This document shows, piece by piece, positions 59,080 through 64,000 of a stretch of 64,000 nt of DNA (positions within the stretch are counted from its first letter, which is position 1; each line of letters starts with the position of its first letter). The notes beneath the pieces were generated by a model. The model was not told the DNA's origin. It worked only from the letters and a program-made list of their open reading frames with translations, and ran no database searches. The stretch is from Paecilomyces variotii (lineage: Eukaryota): assembly GCA_004022145.1 (NCBI GenBank), contig RCNU01000007.1, one strand, 5' to 3'. The translations under genes and the position numbers were made by a program.

Positions 59080-59805
59080 TTTGTGGAAGCATAGGTATAG
59101 GAGGCTTTGCAGTATCCATCAAGTGGATGGTTTCTAATCTTTGCTCTTGATATTTTGCAAGTTGGAGGAGATGAGCTTCTAGGACTGGTGCCTGGATTTG
59201 GCTTGTGGTCGCGCAGACGGGCAAGGCGACATGGTCTATGATTGGCTCTGGGCTCGACACAGCCATTCTGTCGCAACTTCGTTCTATCCGTTCTACAACG
59301 CACAATCTCTGTATTAGATGAGTTCTTTCTACTTACATAAAACAACTCCGTCTGTGCATGTTTAATAGTTGTGAATCTCCTGAGTCAGAATCTATTGTTT
59401 TCAGCTTCTCCACTCCATTTCTACTCGGAATGGATAGTGTATCCGCATATCTTACTTCCAAATACAGGTACAGATATCAAGATTCCCTCTGACTCCTAGG
59501 ATTCTACAGTTTCTTTTCTATGTGGAACAATGAATAACAGCACAAAGAGCAAAAATGGAGTTTCTATATCGACTAGAAGCTAAATAGCGATCTGATCCAA
59601 TAGTTTCCTCTTGTGCAATAACCCTATATGTGCCTATATGCTTTTGGGGCCCGCCCCAAGAATACAAAAGAAAAGAAGATGCTATGATGAACTTCCCAGA
59701 TCTTGTTTATTGTTAATGAGCATATTAGGTCCCTGAGATAGGTAACATCCCCTCGCAAATCAATAGTGTATCTATGCATGGAAGAAAAAATATGATAGAA
59801 AATTA

Positions 59806-61017
59806 TTATCGGCCTGTTGAGGATACATCAGAGCGGTAGATATACACAGCAAGGTCTCTAAAGTTTTGCCCATCCCCCAGGAACTCGATCTCCTCGTAAT
59901 GGTTTCGGATGAGATCCCTCAAGCGCGAAGAGTCCGGGTCAGTGCTAGGCATAATGAGCATCATATTAATCAATTCTTCTATAAATAACTCACCCGGGAG
60001 GGTCCTCTTCTCGGTCTCCGATCCTATCCCATATCATAACTACAGGTCGAGCCAGATCCGAAACAATTTGCTTGACAGGGACATTTGGCGCACATGAAAC
60101 CACAATTGCTGCATCGTCGACCTGGAGGAAAGCCTCTGGGTCGTCGAGGATATCAATTCCAGAGGACTCTAGAATCGACTTGTCGATATCGGTGTACATA
60201 GGGTCTTGTACATAGCACAGAATATCTTCGCGTCGCTCTCCTTCTCTCTCGCACAATACATCGCGTAACGTCAAGATGAGTGAGTGCTGGAATGCTGATG
60301 CAGTTGAGGGAGAAGTAAAGAGATCAGGCCGATCATTAGAAGCAATCGACCCAAGTGCGAACCCAACAACTTTGCGAATATTAGTGACACATCCTTTTGA
60401 CAAGAGAGTCGATCTCAGCTGTTTGCATGGTTCGCTAGCCCTCCAAACCTGTGAATGAGTTTGAAAGAATATCTCCGTTTCATTCTTCGACATCATAGCT
60501 TGAGTGTCACATAACTGTTTTGTGGATATGTTCCGTAGGACGCGATAATGATAAATCCGTAAGTTGCAATATGCCACGTCAGGGTTACGATTCCAGAGCG
60601 AAGATATAAGGTCCTGCATGGGCACGTATTCAATACATGGCTTCTGGCTTCACTGAAGATTAAGTACTTGGTCCATTCTACTTTCACGATATTCAAAGAA
60701 AAGACACGAAATTAGATGAACGTCATGTCCACCTACACAATAAATTCATAACCAGGCAGGGGTGATCTATGCGTATTCCCAGTCTCTATAGCAAATTCGA
60801 CCGCGACACCGTCTAATCCTTTCACGAATATCTTCTGGCCATCCTCCTTACCCTGGACTTTTCTCAGCTGCTCCCTGACCGCATGGAGTTCTTTCTTTGT
60901 GAATAAGGGCTCGCCATCATCTATTAAAGACTTTATCCTCGTAATTGCTTCTTGAACTGATGTTGATGCGCCGAGCCGCGTCGCTTTCCCCATGTAAACG
61001 CGGACCGGGCTCTCCAT
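59806..61017 (-). CDS. SRR1-like domain protein; probable exons 61017-60737, about 60647-59994, 59944-59806 (first acceptor uncertain; may be a pseudogene)
   Basis: SRR1-like motifs 'IRKVVGFALGS', 'FQHSLILTL', 'CYVQDPMYTDIDKSIL...GIDILDDPEAFLQVD', 'PVKQIV.D.ARP..MIW' and 'TDPDSSR'. Intron 59993-59945 is in frame. Confidence 0.7.
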
Positions 61018-61522
61018 GATGTCTACTTCCCAAAGGTGAAAACACGATGCTCGGGTATCATATCATTCGCTAAGGTGGATGCAACTGTGCATAGTAACGG
61101 TTCTTGAGAGAAAATGGTTTGATGGCTAAAGATCCTTAACAAAATGGAATGGCGGGGGTTGTTCTTATCGGGTGTCAGCTTTCAATGCCTCGGATTCTGC
61201 CGCCGCTGCCTAAATACCTAAGTACCCGCCTTCGAGATACGAATTATGGTTTCCAGGCTAATGATGTTGAGATTTGTCAAATAACTCCAGCGGTTAGGTT
61301 CTGATTCTGTTTTGATTTGAGGTGAATAGGGCAATCAATCTTAGATACGCTGGTTGATGACTCGCGGACTGCTGTCTTGTCATGCATTTTGCACCTGACT
61401 CATTCTCTCATTATAAACTTGACAATGTGTATATATAAAAATGCTATATAAGAAGAAGAAAGGAAAAAAGAAAGAAAGGAAAAGATTCACATGTATCTCT
61501 ATCTCCATTCTACAGTCATAAA

Positions 61523-61837
61523 ATGTGCCGAGTCACAGCTCTCAGTTCTCCTACATGTCCGCATCGCTGGCTCACCATTTCCAAGCCCTGCGAAGAATCC
61601 CGCGGCTTCGACTCCTGTCCAGTCCTCAAAGGAAATGGAGCAATCACATCGAGCTGGACGGGTACTAGGAAAGCTAAGTCCAAGACCTGTCCTCTGTGCG
61701 ACTTGAAGGGGGAGTGTGACAGCAACATGATACAGATGGTGAAAAGCGAACGTGCAGGCGTGAAGATTGGGAAGAACGCTGATCGAACTGCGCCTGGCGT
61801 GGAGGTTACGGTGGCGGGGTGTTGTGGTGTTATGTAG
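61523..61837 (+). CDS. 104-aa Cys-rich (putative Zn-binding) protein with C-terminal CC-CAAX box (CCGVM*)
   Basis: TATATATAAAA at 61430-61440 and good ATG context (AAAATG). Pattern C2, C12-x-H14, C23, C32, C56-xx-C59, C65. Ends C-C-G-V-M-stop. Confidence 0.7.
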   Translation: MCRVTALSSPTCPHRWLTISKPCEESRGFDSCPVLKGNGAITSSWTGTRKAKSKTCPLCDLKGECDSNMIQMVKSERAGVKIGKNADRTAPGVEVTVAGCCGVM

Positions 61838-63416
61838 GTGTTTTTTTAAGAATGGCTATGGTAGTTACTCTCAGGCCGGTGGTTTGTCAGAGTATGGAGT
61901 TAGTTAAGTGGCGCATGAGCTGGCGATAGCTGTCGCGTGTTTCGATCCAGAAGCAATGGATATATCCAGAGGACGGATCAATACAGTGCTGCTTATGACC
62001 CTGGTGCATGGGCGGAATGCAAGCAGTGGTCGTCTAGCTGCTCTTTCAAATGCAAACCTGAGAGACCAGATGGTTCTGATTATTGCTTCTTCTCAGTATA
62101 TAACTAGCAGAAGAAGAGAGTGGAGATGGTAAGTAATTAGTTAACTTTACTTTTAGGCCAAGTACATACATACTTAAGTAAGTACCAGCCCCACCAAACA
62201 TCAGCATCGCCAGTGTCGACCATCATGAACATTACAGTCGATATCATCCTCCCTACACAGAGGTCATGCTCAATTCTCAGTGGGAATTACAACTATATTG
62301 ACGCCAATTCCAGAGACAGTCCCCATGGAATTCCCCTTCGCTCTGCGCTGTCAAACGAAGCAATTCATGTCTCTCCACACAAATCCGACCTCGATCCCAG
62401 TCTACTCATAGATTGATATCGATGACTTACTCATGAAAAACAGAGTATGGAGCCACCTGGGCACTTAATCAATCATATACTTGAGCCAGGAGTCCCCCGG
62501 ATAAATGCTGCTGTTCAGCCCTTCCTGGAACTTCTCTTCTTCTCCCGTCAGACGTCATGGACCAATATACACACGAGGCAACACGAGAGGGCATATCCCT
62601 TGTAACCCCATGGGGTCGATCGGTACACAACGCGAGAGGCGGCACACATTTCTCTAGAATCCAATTCCTATTCGATCGCAACAGAGGACAGGCTGGCTGG
62701 GTGGTATTTAGTCCAATGGCATCCTGGTTCACCTCGGACAGCTTAGAAACCCGTCTGCCCCCCATTGGGAGACTGTCGCACTCTGCACGCGATACATATC
62801 CAAAAGAACCATGGGATCTGTCTGGGGTAAGTCTCAAGCTGCGTCAAATCGCCCTCTACCCGCTGTCATCTCTCCAGGGCCAGCCATCCTGGCTTCTTAA
62901 GACGCATCGATGATTGGCACTTCGCTCAGCCATCGTCCTGCCGTGGAACGAATAAGCCATGCAGTTGACCAGAAATGCCATACACATATATGCTTCCGTG
63001 CCATATGCTGGAGGTAACGCTCCCAGACATCATTCCTGCGCTTTAACAAACCGGGTAAGACGAACTCGAAGGAAATGGTCGTGACTCGTCTGCTTCCTCC
63101 GACTGCCACTGTAGCAGGGATTCGCCGCATCTCTTCCAGTCAGGATGCCATCCACGGTTTCGTTCTTGTGATATACCCCGCATGCCAATGAATGATATCC
63201 ACGAGACGGTGATCCGGGGTTAATGCTGCTGTCCTCCCTGCTGTGCAGGTGGGAGCGATATAAGGGTTTCTGGCTGCCTCCCCCCTAATCACTCTTAGCA
63301 CTAGGACTGTCATGCCCAGTCTACATATCTGCCATCAAGAGACACACACACCAAACACAGCCCAGAGGGGGCATCTGAACAGATTCATCACAGATAACTG
63401 AATATCTTCATCAATC

Positions 63417-63789
63417 ATGTCCGCTGCACCTCAACTCTTCGAGAAGCTCCTCACTATCCCCACCCGTTCGAGGCAGGGTGCCGGCACTCTGAGAAGCAGG
63501 CTCTTCGGCACAGGTATGTAGTACAATGGCATCTCATCTCCAGCCCCTCCTTTCCCTCCTCTATCCTCATCTTCATCCATCTCATTCTATCTGACCCTCT
63601 TCACTTGAGTGACAAGTCATACTAATCACACAAACCTCATCATGAACAACAGACAAAGCCAAGAAAGAAGGCCAAATACTTCGAACCTCGCTGGCAATTC
63701 ATCGCCCCGTCTGGGTGACAGCGGGAGGAGCAACCTACGCCACCATGTCAGCCGTCTATGTCGCCTTACGATGGTTGAAACGTATATGA
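63417..63789 (+). CDS. 77-aa microprotein with C-terminal hydrophobic anchor; exons 63417-63513, 63653-63789
   Basis: TATAAG at 63259 and ATG context ATCATG. Intron GTATGT...TACTAAT...CAG gives MSAAPQLFEKLLTIPTRSRQGAGTLRSRLFGTDKAKKEGQILRTSLAIHRPVWVTAGGATYATMSAVYVALRWLKRI*. Not in the ORF track. Confidence 0.65.
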
Positions 63790-64000
63790 AAAAAAAGCAC
63801 CCCCTTTCATACCTGAAGGTAAGTCCATCATACTCCCCTCTCAGCCTGTCTCAGATCTAACCCCTTACCCTAAGTGTACCGTACACCAGGTAGATTTGTA
63901 TATCCTACGCTATCATTGAACGTATACGTTTCTCTTTCTCTGGGTGTTCCAAACATCGAATACTTCGACTGCTTTTCTTTTTTTACCTTTAAGTCAAGAT

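Noticed and set aside
59076..59345. ORF whose stop overlaps the HET ATG (ATGA), suggesting translational coupling
   Set aside because: It begins at TTG rather than ATG, has no recognisable protein features, and is probably a chance frame in the 5' region.
62469..63130. Overlapping 77-122 aa ORFs on both strands
   Set aside because: No motifs, codon bias or consistent splice structure. Treated as the upstream region of the 63417 gene.
1..64000. Stop-codon readthrough or cryptic peroxisomal PTS1 extensions
   Set aside because: I checked stop contexts of the called genes; none shows a TGA-CTA-type readthrough context leading to an SKL-like tail.

Overview
Gene-dense, intron-containing genomic DNA from a filamentous ascomycete. 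GT-AG introns with CTRAC/CTAAT branch sites and protein similarity point to Eurotiales/Aspergillaceae. From 1 to about 44 kb is a conserved housekeeping block. It holds the 3' end of a probable fungal transcription factor, an alpha/beta-barrel-like protein, a 3xKH RNA-binding protein, CENP-K, prolyl aminopeptidase, a PLP decarboxylase, Kel3, RecQ (musN/Sgs1), Gup1, Vps71, a small mitochondrial membrane protein, dopA, Mon1, a 5-exon acylphosphatase absent from the ORF track, alternative oxidase, a CH-like domain protein and Kar9/MigA. From about 45 to 64 kb the content is more accessory: an MBL-fold protein, DUF4246, Prm10 with a 33-bp tandem repeat, an Mpr1-like GNAT, an intronless HET-domain gene, an SRR1-like gene, a Cys-rich CAAX-box microprotein and a spliced 77-aa tail-anchored microprotein also missing from the ORF track. 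No tRNA, rRNA, CRISPR array or intact transposon was found. The best candidates for undescribed biology are the HET/SRR1/CAAX-microprotein islet (56.4-61.9 kb), the hidden microproteins, and a duplicated TATA plus uORF in the AOX leader. All family assignments come from motif recognition by eye, not from database searches.
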